A DNA stretch of 63,647 nucleotides, the filler included, from Collodictyon triciliatum (lineage: Eukaryota): NCBI GenBank assembly GCA_043381765.1. It is 17 parts of 17 records of this genome, joined end to end, with 100 filler letters (N's around TTAATTAATTAA, not from the genome) between each part and the next. Parts side by side here need not be neighbours in the genome. Positions count along the whole stretch, not along the records: positions 15,221 to 18,922 come from JBHJMP010006979.1; positions 19,023 to 22,722 come from JBHJMP010006980.1; positions 22,823 to 26,520 come from JBHJMP010006981.1; positions 26,621 to 30,315 come from JBHJMP010006982.1; 13 more parts are not named here. The stretch is one strand, 5' to 3'. The notes beneath the pieces were generated by a model. It searched no databases. It saw only the letters and a program-made list of their open reading frames with translations, and was not told the DNA's origin. Positions 15,507 through 29,800 of this stretch are shown here, piece by piece. How positions within the stretch are numbered: position 1 is the stretch's first letter; each line of letters opens with the position of its first letter. A program made the position numbers and the translations under genes.

Positions 15507-17262
15507 TTAGATGGTGGATTGGTAGCTTCCACCGCTGCCGCCGCCAGTCATGCGCCCAAAGAGCTCCTTGGTCTTGTTCCAGCTGTAGACGCAGCCGTCC
15601 TGGGGAAGGTGTTTGTGTCAGGAGAGAAAATATAAGATATATGTGGGATCCCAAGAGAAGAGCTGCATATGAACGTGAAGATGAAGATAAAGATAAAGAT
15701 CTTTGAATCGAATAAAGGAAAAAATGAAGCCAAAAATGAAGGCAAGACACCGACTTTGACGTAGCCAGGGAGGGTGCTCCAGAATTCGATGTTGGGGATG
15801 GACTCCTTCCCGCGGAGCTGCTTCTGGGTCATGTTGTAGGCAACACCGCCGCCGAGGTAGACGGCTCCGCCAACAAAGAAGCTGTATGTGGAGAAGCAGG
15901 GCTCCGGATCAGCCCTGGCACAAGGACGGGGACAGTGGAGAGCAGCTGGGAAAGAGGAAGAAGAAAGAGGAAGAAGAAAGAGGAAGAAGAAAGAGGAAGA
16001 AGAAAGAGGAAGAAGAAAGAAGAAGAAGAAAGAAGAAGAAAGAAGAAGAAAGAGGAAGAAAGAAGAAGAGGAAGAAAGAGGAAGAAAGAGGAAGAAGAAG
16101 GAGGAAGAAGGAGGAAGATGGCTGGCAGGGCACTTACATGATCAGGAAGACGGCTCCTCCACTGAGTCCTTCGTCGTCACCGTCATCGCCACCGCTTCCA
16201 CCGCCGCCACCACCACCACCACCACCACCGCCTGTCTTGCCGCACGCAGCGCTGGTCACCAGGCCAGTCACTTTGTAGGCTGCGCTGGTGTAGGCAACCT
16301 GCACAACAGCGTTACTTTGCGCTCTGCTGGTGTCTGGCTGCTGGCCTGGACAGGCACACAGAAAAAGAAAGAGGGAGAGGAAGAGAGGAAGAGAGGAAGA
16401 GAGGAAGAGAGGAAGAGAGGANNNNNNNNNNNNNNNNNNNNNNNNNNNNNNNNNNNNNNNNNNNNNNNNNNNNNNNNNNNNNNNNNNNNNNNNNNNNNNN
16501 NNNNNNNNNNNNNNNNNNNNNNNNNNNNNNNNNNNNNNNNNNNNNNNNNNNNNNNNNNNNNNNNNNNNNNNNNNNNNNNNNNNNNNNNNNNNNNNNNNNN
16601 NNNNNNNNNNNNNNNNNNNNNNNNNNNNNNNNNNNNNNNNNNNNNNNNNNNNNNNNNNNNNNNNNNNNNNNNNNNNNNNNNNNNNNNNNNNNNNNNNNNN
16701 NNNNNNNNNNNNNNNNNNNNNNNNNNNNNNNNNNNNNNNNNNNNNNNNNNNNAGGAAGGAAGGAAGGAAGGAAGGAAGGAAGGAAGGAAGGAAGGAAGGA
16801 AGCGCACCGTTCTTAAACTCAAAAGTAGGTGCGGCGGTCGAAGGGACCAAAGGAGCGCAGGTGCCACCGTTGGCCGGCTTCTCGAAGGACATGGAGCCAC
16901 TGTTGGACGGTGTTTGAGGAGGGGTCATAAGAAGCTTAAACTTAAATGGCTGAGAAGGGGCTGGAGTTGGGCTACCTGGCGCTGTTGCAGGTCGGGGTGA
17001 TGGCATCTGCGCAGAAGTTGAAGAAGTAGTCGTATAGGGAGCCTTCCTTCCCGTCGTAGAAGGATCTGAGGAGGTTGGGAGTGAGGTTGGGAGTGAGGTT
17101 GGGAGTCAGGGTCGCAGGCGGGACCTACCCGGTCTTCTTGAGGGGTGTGAGATCGTAGGTCTTGCCGTTGGGGGCGCTCCACGAGCACGACTGGCCTTGC
17201 ACGCTGCTCACGGCGAGGCACAGCAGGGCCACGAGGGCAAAGACGGACGTTGTGCGCGCCAT
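15507..17262 (-). CDS. ATG27 / cation-dependent mannose-6-phosphate receptor-like type I membrane protein; multi-exon, spans an N gap
   Basis: Signal peptide, then C.WSAPNGKTYDLTPL, YDYFFNFC, Gly linker, GLSGGAVFLI-FFVGGAVYLGGGVAYN..RGKESIPNIEFWSTLPGYVKDGC and a C-terminal YQSTI tail. Confidence 0.82.
15701..15724 (+). mobile_element. Ultra-short LINE 3'-end insertion in an intron; no clear TSD
   Basis: CTTTGAATCGAATAAAGGAAAAAA is identical to the terminus of the LINE copy at about 38438-38461. Confidence 0.65.
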
Positions 17263-18205
17263 CTGGGGGGGGAGGTCCTTGAGTGGCTTGTGGCTTGTGG
17301 TATGTCTGTGGGGCGGGGAGGCGTGGCGAGAGGGGTTGACAGGGGAGGGGGCTGGGGTTCTGGCTCTTGCGCAGAGTAGGCGCTCCTTGGCGTTGCCGTC
17401 TTGGTTGGGGCAGAGAGGGGAGGGGAAAGGGAAGGGAAAGGAGGCTGGAGGCTTGTGCCCGCGAGGTGGGCTGTCGCTGCCGAGCTGATTCATCTGTGGC
17501 AATCGCCACCCAAACACAACTCCTTCCCTTCGATCACAATCAGTGGCGCAGCCCACCCAAGTTAATCCTGTGCAACAGACTTTGACGGCTTAAGCTCTTG
17601 AATCATTGGGCAAATAACATGTCTGACTGTCCTATAAGAGGGCTTAGTTCGATTAAATAAGTTAGTTACAAAGATTCGTTGCTCTTGAAATATCGAGTTG
17701 ACATCTCGCCCACACGCGCTGTGACAATTGCTATGAGAAAAGACGATAGTAGACTTGCTGCTATCTAGTGCTAAGTTCAGGGCGCAGAACGAGTATATCC
17801 TATTTGTGGAAATTATATCACAAGAGTCCAAAAGACATAAAACTGCCTCATTTGCCCGAGTAAACTTATTTACTTATCTAACCTGTACCTCTATCTTACA
17901 TTGGATGGGCGCCAATGAGTTCGCTTGGCAGTACCTTCGACACTCCCCTCTAAATATTGTCGCACCTTACAAACGAACAAACTCACAAACAAACTCGGGA
18001 AATTTTTACTGTGTGCATATTAGAGTTCCAGGATGCATTTTGGCATTTGTTCCTCTTCATGATAAAAAAGATGTAAGGAGAGGCGCTTAAAGTTCGCCCC
18101 GAAATCTTTGATCTATCCTATACTTCGCGATGTGAATAAAATTTGGAGATCACACTTAAAGAGACAGACCGAGTAGAACAATAAATATATTCACAATATG
18201 AAGAC

Positions 18206-18478
18206 TTTTTTCCCTTTATTCGATTCAAAGTGCAGCGAGGTTATGCCATACAAAGGGGCGGGATGGGAGCGCATGGTAGAGAGCAAACGCGAGTAGGGGA
18301 AGACACTACTGTGGAGAGGCTAGCACTGGAAAGAATTCAGTGATAGCGAGCTGGTCAGGTGGGCGACCCAACTGGTTGATTGGTTGCGTGGGTAGCAGGG
18401 GTTGGATATGCAGTGGGAGATATCGCACGACACATTCCCACATCTCTCTTCGCTTGCGGTCAGAGTAGCGAAGAATGC
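18206..18478 (-). mobile_element. 5'-truncated L1/Tx1-like LINE copy (ORF2 C-terminus, 3' UTR, A-tail)
   Basis: About 270 bp with roughly 13 mismatches by eye to 38190-38460; CACAATATGAA on both flanks (18192-18202 and 18482-18492). Confidence 0.85.
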
Positions 18479-18828
18479 GGGCACAATATGAAAAAGATAA
18501 AGTCTCTTTTGATGAGAAACAATTAACACACTGGGTGAGAACAAAGACGCATTCTCTGAAAAATAATGTTATTACACAGAGGTTCCTTCCTTCTTCTCCC
18601 AACCCACCGCATTACGAAGCCGAAAATACAGAAAAAAACACGCAAGCGATCGGAAAGAGCTATCCCGAGAAGGACGAGACCGCCAACCCGGAGAGCAAAA
18701 AGGTCACTTGATCACATCCCTTTACAACACAGGTTATGGACAGAGACACGCCGACGATCAAGACACCAGCTACCACCAACCTGTGAGTACAACATCCTAC
18801 TAATAAAACGGAGAGAGCTCTTTGAAAC

Positions 18829-18922
<94 letters not shown>

Positions 18923-19948
18923 NNNNNNNNNNNNNNNNNNNNNNNNNNNNNNNNNNNNNNNNNNNNTTAATTAATTAANNNNNNNNNNNNNNNNNNNNNN
19001 NNNNNNNNNNNNNNNNNNNNNNTTTTTCTTTTCTTTTTCTTTTCTTTTTCTTTTCTTTTTCTTTTCTTTTTCTTTTCTTTTTCTTTTCTTTTTCTTTTTA
19101 TTTTCTTTGTCCTCTTCGTTCTTTCGTTATTCTCGTTTCCACCTCGCTGATGCTTATACCCCTCTGATTCTGAAGCAGTAGTACGTATTCGAGAGCATAA
19201 GCGAGACAGGATTGCGTCACTTGTTTTGTTTGTTGTTGTTTTTGGTTTGGAGGTTTCACTGAAAGTTTTGTGTGGTTAGCGCAACGCGATCATGTTGCAG
19301 GCGCTTATCGGCTTTGTCATCCCTAAAGTAGAATCTTGTATATTATATATGTGGAATATAATATTGTAAGGGAAGACACAGCCCCAACCAGAAAATATTG
19401 GATAGTACCTCTCCTTTGGCAGATTTTTTTTTTCACGACAAACTTAGCTGTTGGCGCCCGTGCCAACAATCTTGGCGGATTGGTTTCACTGCAATATTTT
19501 CTTTATTTTTGAGTTTTCGTGGTGGGCTGAGGGAAGATTGCTGTTGATGGATACAAACACCAGATATTGCCACAAAATAACAGACACTTATTAATTTGCT
19601 TTGCACCTCTGAAACAAGGTGGCCCGCTATACACCACAAGCACATCTACTTATTGTTTACCGGTTTTTCAGAAGGTGTCCTAGCAGGCTATCACTTTACA
19701 TTATTTCTTTGAGATTTCGGATGGATGATTGATAAGCAACCAGCAACTTAAAAAATGGATTAAGGGCAAGCCCGTTGGAGTGTTTATTGTCTCAATGCAG
19801 GATTTGGTTGTGATAATAAAAGTTAGAAAGGGAGAAAAAAAATTGGGCCCAGGACGAGTGAGTTTTCCCTGTCATCCAGAGAGAATGATTTCAGGAATGG
19901 GGTGGCCATGATTCGGCAATCGAGTGGTGGCGCGGTACTTCCTTATGT

Positions 19949-22442
19949 TTAAGTTGAAAACATCTGAATTCTGTTATTCCAATAATCACAAATGTATAAT
20001 TTCTGATTAGCTCCGAAGCATACTCCTGTTGGAAAGCTGAATTTTCCTTCATCGGCTGATTGAATAGAACCTAAAGTATGGGTAACACGCCCATTGGAAG
20101 AGTCGTAAGCACAAACCCTGTGGTTCCCATAGTCGCTGACGATGATGTTACCACACGGGCCCTCAGCTATGGAGACGTTCAAATTTACTTTCTGTATGGC
20201 CATGCTTTTGACAAATGCTCCATTTCTGTCATAAGTAGTAATCTTTTCTCCGCTCTGGCCAATAACCCATACTCGGTTGTCTGATGTCATACAGATTCCA
20301 TTAGGTTTTGATACTCCGTAATCACCTAATGACGATTGCCCAAACGAGCGTTCAAATTCAAAGAGATTGTTGAATTTATCTATTCGATGTTTACCGTTAT
20401 TGGCAACGTACAGGTTTCCCTCTGCATCAAAACAAAGTCGACTTGGGTTTGAAAATCCATCAAAATCCTTGGCATATTCACTATTTTCGCTCTTCTTTTG
20501 TCTACAATGAATGATAGAGACTAAGTATCCGGAATCATTTAGAATTACAACTCTGTTGGACAAAATTTCACTGACAGCAATAAGCCCGTTCGCAGATACT
20601 GATATCCCGTGTGGATAATCGAATATAACAGGATTAGGGTTGTTGGCACCCAAAAATTCAACATGTCCAAGGTTTTCATCCAAAACTTGAATGCGGTGAT
20701 TTTCATGCTCTGTTACATATATATGACCTGTCTTTGGGTGTGCTGCTATCCCGCTAGGGTGATTAAACTGCATTTTTCCTCTTCCTTTGGAACCAACTTT
20801 TTTTTGAAATTTGTAATCAATTATGTTAAACTTCCATGCTCTCTGGAACAAGTCCTTTCCCATCCTTGTTTTTTCGGCTTCTCTTTCTTTCTCCTGCTTC
20901 TCTCGTTCCTCAATCATCAATATTCTGGATTTCTCCTCCTCATACTCTAGCAAGTCTTTTTTCAAAATCGTAATTAAATCATTACTCTTCTGTAATTCGG
21001 TTTTCTTGAGCTGTAGTTTCTTCTGACACTCTGAATTTTGCTTCTTTAATTTCTCTTTCTCTTTCAATCCAAATTCATAATCAGACATCATATCCTTAAA
21101 GCTCTTATCCAAAACAGTTATATCACTCCCAGTGATAAGAATGTCTTTTTTTAACAAGGAACTGTAATCACAAGGTAAATGGTCCGCATCGTTCATTGAA
21201 TCCAACTTTAAGGAAATTAAATTATTTGCATAGCGTAAACTCTTCAAAAGAAATATATTAGTTCTCTCTTGATCATGTATTTCCTTGGATTCGCCTAACA
21301 AGTTAATTGCATGCTTTAGAGCGTTTTCGTGCATAGCTAATCTATGGTACCTATACTCGAGAGAGCTGCACCTCGGCTCAAGTTTTAATTTGACCTGGTT
21401 ACGTTTAAAAAAAAAAAAAAAAAGAGACTTTCACAACCTGAATAACTATATGAAAGGTTATAAAAACTGTTTCATCAATCAAACCCCCTCATACATCATT
21501 TGTAAGCTGAATCTTCAGCTCAAGTGCTTTTTGTAGGATGTGGTTGTAAAGATTTTCAATGGCAGTCACTTGATCTTCTTCGAGTTGTGTTATCTAAATA
21601 TATTTAAAAAAATTGGAAATATTACAGAGAAATGATAAATTGAATTATGAGCTCTTTTTTTTAAAAAAAAATAAATAAATCATTAGTATTATCTGTTAAC
21701 CTTTTTGAGTTCCTTTTCTACTTGAAATTTTGAATCAAGAATGACAGTAATATTATGTTGTAAAATATCAACAACGCTTTCCAGTTTGACAGAAGATGCT
21801 TGAATTTTTTCTATGGGAATGTGTTCATGTGTCGGATTTTTTTGAATATCATCACTTGCACAAACTTCGCATAACTCTGCTGCAGGCCAGCATTGATTAC
21901 ATAGCGAGAGGATAGGCATTCCATGTTCGACACATGATTGATGGTCTGTTTTGCCTTTGTGAATTCGTTCGAAAAGGGTCCTTGTAACGTTATTGGGTGA
22001 GTAGGTATGGACAAATATCAAACGATCCATTTGTAAATTATTTGTGACAGAGAATTCCTTATTTATATATGACATACGTGAGTCCGTTCTGTGCTGCTTC
22101 CCTTTCAGATGTATGCATCCGAAGGCATTCCTCGCATGACGTAACATGTCTATTCTGGTACACGTAAAACCCATCCCTTTGTAAGCAATAATCACATTTG
22201 GATCTCCTGGTGTTGATGAATCGTAGAAGTTTTTCGTGATAGACTGACGTTGGGCGAGGCTCTTTGGGTGAAGCAGACTTGAATTCATGGAGGCAGACTG
22301 GACACGAAGCTCTAGCATTTGCTTTTCCGGCTAGTTTTTCGGTTTGAAAGGTGCATTCGCTGCAGAAAACATGACCGCATGGAAGTGTGCTTGTATCCTT
22401 GAAGATTTTGCAACACATCGGACAATAGCACTCGCTCTCCAT
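19949..22442 (-). CDS. TRIM-NHL protein (RING, B-boxes, coiled coil, NHL beta-propeller); 4 exons
   Basis: RING CPMC..LPCGHVFCSEC..CPVC; B-box CVEHG..CNQC..CEVC..HEH; NHL repeats FNHPSGIA, FDYPHGIS, FSNPSRLC, FSFPTGVC and NNRIQMF. Spliced frames join in phase. Confidence 0.9.
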
Positions 22443-22980
22443 TCTTGGGCTGCGTGAGAGGACGGACGAGATGCCATTAACATAATAACGAAGTGAATCA
22501 ACACTCTACTTCACCCTTATATAACATGCTGATATACAGCCACTATAATACCTGGCCAATACAAGCATAATTATTGCTTTCATTTTTCCATTTATTCTTC
22601 TTCTTCTTCTTTTTCTTCTTTTTCTTCTTTTTCTTCTTCTTTTTCTTCTTCTTTTTCTTCTTCTTTTTCTTCTTCTTTTTCTTCTTCTTTTTCTTCTTCT
22701 TTTTCTTCTTCTTTTTCTTCTTNNNNNNNNNNNNNNNNNNNNNNNNNNNNNNNNNNNNNNNNNNNNTTAATTAATTAANNNNNNNNNNNNNNNNNNNNNN
22801 NNNNNNNNNNNNNNNNNNNNNNAAAACCAAAAAAAACCAAAAAAAACCAAAAAAAACCAAAAAAACCAAAAAAAAACCAAAAAAAACCAAAAAAACCAAA
22901 AAAAAACCAAAAAAAACCAAAAAAAACCACAAAAAAAAGGAACCAAGAAAATAAGAGACAGAAAACAAAAACACTTCTCA

Positions 22981-23929
22981 TCGCCATTCGAATTGAGCAG
23001 GTTGCTGATATTCCTCCAAGGGTTAGTAATCTTTCATCCCTCAATGTTTTAGATGTACGTGGAAATGGGGTAATGCTTCTTATCTTCCTTTATTTATTTA
23101 TTTTCACTTTATATACTGACAATATATTATGAACTGTAAAATTTTAACAGCTTTTTTTTCCATCCACGATTCGAATGTTCAATTATTGTGTTTGGTGATT
23201 CATTTACTTAATTTTTATTTTTAAAATAAACTCACTTAGCTCAGTGAACTCCCACAAGAGATGGGACTGCTAACTCTTTTGGTTCATCTCCGATTATCTT
23301 ACAATCGTGTAAAGACATTAGCCAACCCAATTCATTTTTAAAATAATATATATAGGGAAAATTCATCAATATTTAAAACAAAACCTCAAATTCAATAATG
23401 AAAAGAAGAAAAAGAAGAAAAAGAAGAAAAAGAAGAAAAAGAAGAAAAAGAAGAAAAAGAATCTATTTGTGTTTCGAATGACTGAGTTTAATACCAAGCA
23501 TCCCTTTTGAAGTTTACCCACTTCCCTGAGTGTACAAGCCGTTTAAAAGGACTAACTCACCTTGATATGTCACACAACGAAGTAAAGTTACCTTATTTAT
23601 CTTTTTGTTCATAAATGATCCATATTATCTTCCTCGGACATATTTGGTAACTCAAGTAAAATTGTTTCTTAATAGCACAAAGTATGCATATACTAAACGA
23701 TGAGACTGCCGCACCATTAATCAGTATATTACAATAGATCAAGGAAGTCCCTGGTTTTGTTCACATGATGACATCTTTGTATTCGCTTATATTGGACAAA
23801 AACCCTGTATTATTTCTTCACGCGTGATATTATAATTTTTTGAATTCACAATATACTAAACATTATATTACACTCTCTTCTGGCAGACGAATAGTTATCT
23901 AACGAAATCTAATTTAGCCCGTTTTATTT

Positions 23930-23976
<47 letters not shown>

Positions 23977-25319
23977 TTACAGTTACGGATACTCCCACCA
24001 CTTCTCGCAAATATGTCGCATCTTGTGAATCTCTCCTTTGACACACACAGCCTAACTGACAAAAGTCACCAATTTTGGAGCGCTATCTTGTCTCCGTCAC
24101 AGAAAATAGATATATCCTCATGCGATATAGTGGGCGTACCCTTGTTTGTGTGCAGATTCCTCCAAGTAAGGCGTCTACAAATGGAAAACAATCAAGTAAT
24201 TACATTTCATGGTGCATTCATCCTACCTTCCTACCTTCCTACCACCCTACCTTACAACCTACCTCTTAAGTATGTTTCACACTCCGAACCAATGTAAATC
24301 ACAGCTATTTGATAATTGCATAAAATCTGGATGTGCGGCTCCTCCTTGTCTTAAAAGAAATACATATTTTTGACTTCTCTTTCCTTAGATCACAGCTATA
24401 CCTGATTCATTTGTTCACTTAAAGAACTTGAAATGGATCAATTTGTCACACAATTTTGTGAGTCAGTTTCTTCGTTAAATATCATCGTGGCAAACAATAT
24501 TTTCAACTTTTTCTGTTTAGTTTGTTTGTGCTCTGTTAAATATCATGTGGACAATGTAGTCTCGCTTTATGTTTTCTTATTGTATTAACAAAATTTTAGA
24601 TTAACCACGTTCCTCTTTTTTTCTGGGACTTACCCAAACTTCAATGGGTTGACTTGAGTGAGAACGTAATCGTTCGGATTTTCCAGGAAACAAGAGCGCC
24701 AAATCATGTGGAAATGTACATGGATTCGTACGGAATTGACGACAAGTTCATGTCGCACATAGAAAACTCAGAATACATTCAAAGATTTGATAAAAACTTG
24801 GAATTTACCAGAGGAATCAAAAAAACAAAAGGGGTCAGAAACGAAGCCTTCAGAGAATATTACTATCCCATCGGGGAAATGCACCCAGAGAGCAGTGCAT
24901 ATTTGGATGTCAAGCCACACAACTTGTCGAAACTGATATATTTGGACCTTACAAACAACCTCATCAGCGATATTGGTCCAGGTGCATCTGAGTTAACTTC
25001 GCTTCGTGTGATACACTTGGGGGAAAATCCTATCGGCACGCTCCCTATGTCCTTCTCCTTGCTTCATAACCTGGAGATGATATCACTGGGCCAAACTGCT
25101 GCTGCGCTAACAAAGCACGGCTACGCAGATGAGCGCCCAGCCAAAAGGTTGCGGTACAAGTCCCAAACAAAATCAATGATGTTGGGAGGATACCGGCCTC
25201 TTGGGCGCAAGGCCATGGCAAAGGCTATGCTTGTATATTCTGCAACGCAAGCGGCGCCCCAGATACGTGAACTCAGTCTTTCAGGGATGGATTTGCGATG
25301 GCTCATGGATATGTTTTAG
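22981..25319 (+). CDS. Leucine-rich repeat protein; multi-exon, 5' partial
   Basis: Repeated LxxLxxLxLxxN exons (NLSSLNVLDVRGN, LVHLRLSYN, LTHLDMSHN, LKWINLSHN, LIYLDLTNN, LRVIHLGEN). Confidence 0.8.
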
Positions 25320-25657
25320 TATGCAGAAGATTTGTTTATTACTATCTGTACGTTTCAAATAACGGGTTCTTTATTTTTCATTCATTTTTTTTTAATTTTC
25401 ATTACTAGTATTTCTTTGTTGTTGTTGTTGTTGTTGTTGGGGATTATACATCCATCACAAATGGGACTGTCACAACATTTATTTCGCTGTGAAAATGAAT
25501 AAAATTGTTATCATCATTTAAAACGAATAACCTTCTCCACTTCGAAAGATAGCGTTACCATTCCTGCTATTTGATTACATAATCATTTTTTCCTTATATT
25601 TATTTATCTTTATTAGCATAGATGCCCAACTCCTATCCTTTCTTCCTTTAAGCTTAA

Positions 25658-25713
<56 letters not shown>

Positions 25714-25783
25714 GTAGAAAAAAATAGAGGCGCATATGCGTCGCAGAGACAAAGACGTATTGCCAGCTTAGTCCCTGAAGACC

Positions 25784-26311
25784 TCACGCCAGTGTGGGAC
25801 GCTTTTGCTGGATCACCTCGAGTTTTTCTTGGGCCTCTTGTATAACAAGGCCGATGCGAGCGAGTGTTTGGTCACGCGAGCGAACTTCTTCCCGAAGCCG
25901 TTCGACTTCCTTAGGGTCATGGGCAGGTTCTCCATTCTCCGCCAGTTGCCTCGTGGACTGAATAAGCTGCTGCTGGAAATAGAGACTGAGCCGATCAAGA
26001 CTTTCCAGCACCTTCTTGGCGTGTTCCTCGACCTTTCCGGCTGTGGATAAAGGTTGTCAAGTTGTGCACGTTTGACTCCTCCGGCGTGGTATTATGCTCT
26101 TGCGGCCGATTGGAGCAGCGACAGAGGGAAGTAGGTTTGAAGTAGGTTTGAAGTCGGAAGAGGAAAATAACTGAGCAAGTGAGAGAGAAAAAGGAAAGGA
26201 AAAATAGAGAAGAAAATAGGAATAAAACTTACGCTCAACCCTCTCTGCTGTCGGCTGCATCGAAGCGAAGCACGATTTGAACTCGATCTTTGCTTGGTTC
26301 AGGTCCTCCAT
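25784..26311 (-). CDS. MED28: Mediator subunit 28; 2 exons (26311-26233, 26040-25784)
   Basis: EFKSCFASM (cf. FEACFASL), VEEHAKKVLESLDRLSLYFQQQ and KEVERLREEVRSRDQTL match the Med28 helical pattern; phase-1 GT-AG intron joins in frame. Confidence 0.7.
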
Positions 26312-26620
26312 GGCGAGCAAGCGAGTGTCCAATCTTTCTCTCCGGCTACTTCCTTTTCTTCTTCTTCTGTATTTTCTGCGGCTTTTTGTTCTCTGCAATG
26401 ATAAGTGTTGTGTGATTGAAAATTGTATTCTAGTTATTCCTCTTTTTTATTAATTTTTTTTTTTTTTTATTTATTCTTGACTCATCGCTGCTGCGAACTA
26501 CTAACTCTAAAATAAATAAANNNNNNNNNNNNNNNNNNNNNNNNNNNNNNNNNNNNNNNNNNNNTTAATTAATTAANNNNNNNNNNNNNNNNNNNNNNNN
26601 NNNNNNNNNNNNNNNNNNNN

Positions 26621-26693
<73 letters not shown>

Positions 26694-26860
26694 AAAAAAA
26701 CAAAAAAAAAAAAAAAAAAAACAAAAAACAACAAAACAACAAAACAACAAAACACATAAAATACAAGAAATAATGGCTAAGAATGTCTATTGACCAAGCG
26801 ACCCAAAACACTAGCAGAAAAGAAGGGAGAAAGAAGACAAAGAAGAAACATCCAGTCTAC

Positions 26861-29800
26861 ATGGCGCACTCTGCATTATCTGCAGCTTCGGCAATCTCCC
26901 TCATCAGCCTCATCAGCCTCCTGATCGCCCTGCTTTCAACATCACAGGCTGCAAAGCGTAGCAACAGTCGCAGCTTCAGCGTTGCTTCACTCACACGCCG
27001 GGCATTCGATTCTGACGGCGTGATTCTGCCAGACTCGACAAACTTTACAAATTATGTTGGGTTCGGTTCGGCCATATCCATATCGTCCACCGGGCGCACG
27101 CTTGCTGTCGGTTCTCGCTTCGCGTATCGCCCAAACGGCGACGACTATGTGGACATCTGGGACAGCAGCACATATCCCGATGCAAGCGGGGCCGGGTTCA
27201 TCTACACTATAAACGGGCTTTCATGGCAGCTGGCACAGACACTGCGCCCTACTATCTACGCAAATGACACGAGGATGGGCGCCAGCGCTTCGACGACAAA
27301 CGAGCGTGTTGTCTTTGGCGCACCCACGGCATATCTGGATAAAGGCTCGGTCTACTACTTCACACGAAGCAATGGGCTGTGGAAGGAGCGCCAGATGCTG
27401 AACGGAACATTCAGCTCGGGGCTGTTTGGCTGGTCTGTCGCCATGGACTCTGGCATGCTTGTGGTTGGGCTGCCGGGCAAGAATGCGCTTAACGCATATA
27501 CTCTATCTAGCGGCCTGTGGGCTTTTTTGGTCGAGATCCGCGGCCAGAAATCAGACGGGAATATAGGAACATCGCTGAGTCTGAGTTCCAATCTGATCAT
27601 CTCCGGCTCTCCTCAAGAAAGCGAGTACGTCGGTGCTGCATATGCTTACACACGAAGCGGGAGCGTCATAGGTTCCATGAAGAATAATCGACTCTTTCTT
27701 GTTGACGTGTTTCCCTATTCAAGCTTTGGCAATGCAGTGGCTGAGTTATCCAAGACGAGAGTGGCAATAACATGTGCTGCGGCATGCAATAGTGTCTACC
27801 TTTTTTCCTATGGAAGCAAAGTTGGCTGGGTACTTAGTTCATTCATTTTTGTGGGATTTGGGCAGTCATTTGGCTCCTCTATCTTTTTCTCATCTCCGTA
27901 CCTATTCGTCGGGGATACAGACGCCAATATGGCCTTTGTCTATGTCCAAACAAGAGCGACTTGGTCCTATCCCGGAATACTGATACCAGACACATATTCT
28001 TACGTGCTTGGGACCTTTGGAAAAGCTGTGGTATATGCAAATGGAAACCTTCTTGTATCCGACCATACTGGAGGGGATGCATCTCGGGTAACAGGGGCCT
28101 TGTATCCTTTTCATCTTGCTGGTAAGCAACTGTTGAATAATTTGATTAAACATGCTTACATATTTTTGACTTTTTGATTAATTATTTTTTTTACATAAAT
28201 TCGGTTTGTAACGAAAAAGACTTCATATAGCTTCCCTCAGTAAATCAAGATCTCGAAGCCCGGGTCTCACAAGAAGCCAAGGAAAGACAGAGTCCAATAT
28301 TCCTACTGAAACGGATATTGTTAGCTTAAGTTTTTTACCGCTATATAGTCGAAGTAAGACAAGAACAAGAATTCCGTCCAGGAGCTGGACCAAAAGTCGG
28401 TCAAAAAGTCGTTCCAGGAGCCGCTCCAGGAGCCGTTCAAAGAGTCGTTCCAGAAGTCGTTCCAAAAGTCGTTCCAGAAGTCGCTCGAAAACCCGCTCAA
28501 AAAGCAGGTCCAGAAGTCGCTCGAAAACCCGCTCAAAAAGCAGGTCCAGAAGTCGCTCGAAAACTCGCTCTAAAAGCAAATCAAAGAGCCGCTCCAAAAC
28601 TCGAACGAAAACTCGCTCTAAAAGCAAATCAAAAAGCCGCTCAAAGACTCGAACGAAAACCCCTGCAAAAACGAAGAGTCCAACAAAGACAAAAACAAAG
28701 AGCCGCTCAAAGTCAAAAAGCCGCTCGAAAACTCGGACGAAAACCCCTGCGAAAACAAAGAGCCCAGCAAAAACGAAAAGTCCAACAAAGACAAAAACAA
28801 AGAGCCGCTCAAAGTCAAAAAGCCGTTCAAAGACTCGAACGAAAACCCCGGCAAAAACAAGGAGCCCAGCAAAAACGAAAAGTCCAACAAAGACAAAAAC
28901 AAAGAGCCGCTCAAAGTCAAAAAGCCGCTCAAAGACTCGAACGAAAACCCCAGCAAAAACAAGGAGCCCAGCAAAAACGAAAAGCCCAACAAAGACAAAA
29001 ACAAAGAGCCGCTCAAAGTCAAAAAGCCGTTCAAAGACTCGAACGAAAACCCCAGCAAAAACAAGGAGCCCAGCAAAAACGAAAAGTCCAACAAAGACAA
29101 AAACAAAGAGCCGCTCAAAGACTCGAACGAAAACCCCAGCAAAAACAAAGAGCCCAGCAAAGACAAAGAGCCCAACAAAAACAAGGAGTCCTACCAGGTC
29201 AAACCGGCCAACATGCCCTGCAATACCAAACAACGTTCCACACTATAAATTTACAAACAGGAACAAGAAAAACAAGTATTTTGGGTATCAAGTAGCTTTT
29301 TGCAATGATTTTGTTTTAATATCTGTACCATCGTGTGCAAATCCGTCACCTCCCAACATATGTGATGGAGGCAGAATTTTTGTTCTCAAGCAAGTACAAT
29401 CTGCATGGTCTGTATATATGACATTCAGGTTTCCTCTAGACTACCGGAATGTCATGTTCGGTTCGGTTCTGCACGTGAGTGAAAACAATGTCTTCATCGC
29501 GGCACCAGGAAGTAATTACAAGGGCTCGAATGTAGGTATAGTGCTCCCATTCACCCTGTCTGAAGAGAATCCTAAAAGGTTCTTGAAGGTTGGGTTCCTT
29601 CGTCCAAAAACCAAACAAGAAAATCAAATGTTTGGGATGTCCGTGGCTGCATTTTCTAAACTAGTCTGTGTTGGTGCTCCTGGGACAAATCTTGTTAACG
29701 ACCAAGCACCAGGCGCTGGAATGGTTTATGTATATGAGCGAAGGACGAACGGAAGATGGTCACATAAGAGTACAATCACATCCCCAACAAAGTCTGCTTT

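Noticed and set aside
22058-22077. Possible 20-nt GT-AG micro-intron in the TRIM-NHL gene
   Set aside because: It gives the wrong frame; the acceptor near 21981, with a TACTCAC branch-like site, restores the B-box frame.
28223-29233. 336 aa hydrophobic repeat ORF on the minus strand
   Set aside because: Antisense shadow of the K/R-S/T stalk exon of the FG-GAP gene.
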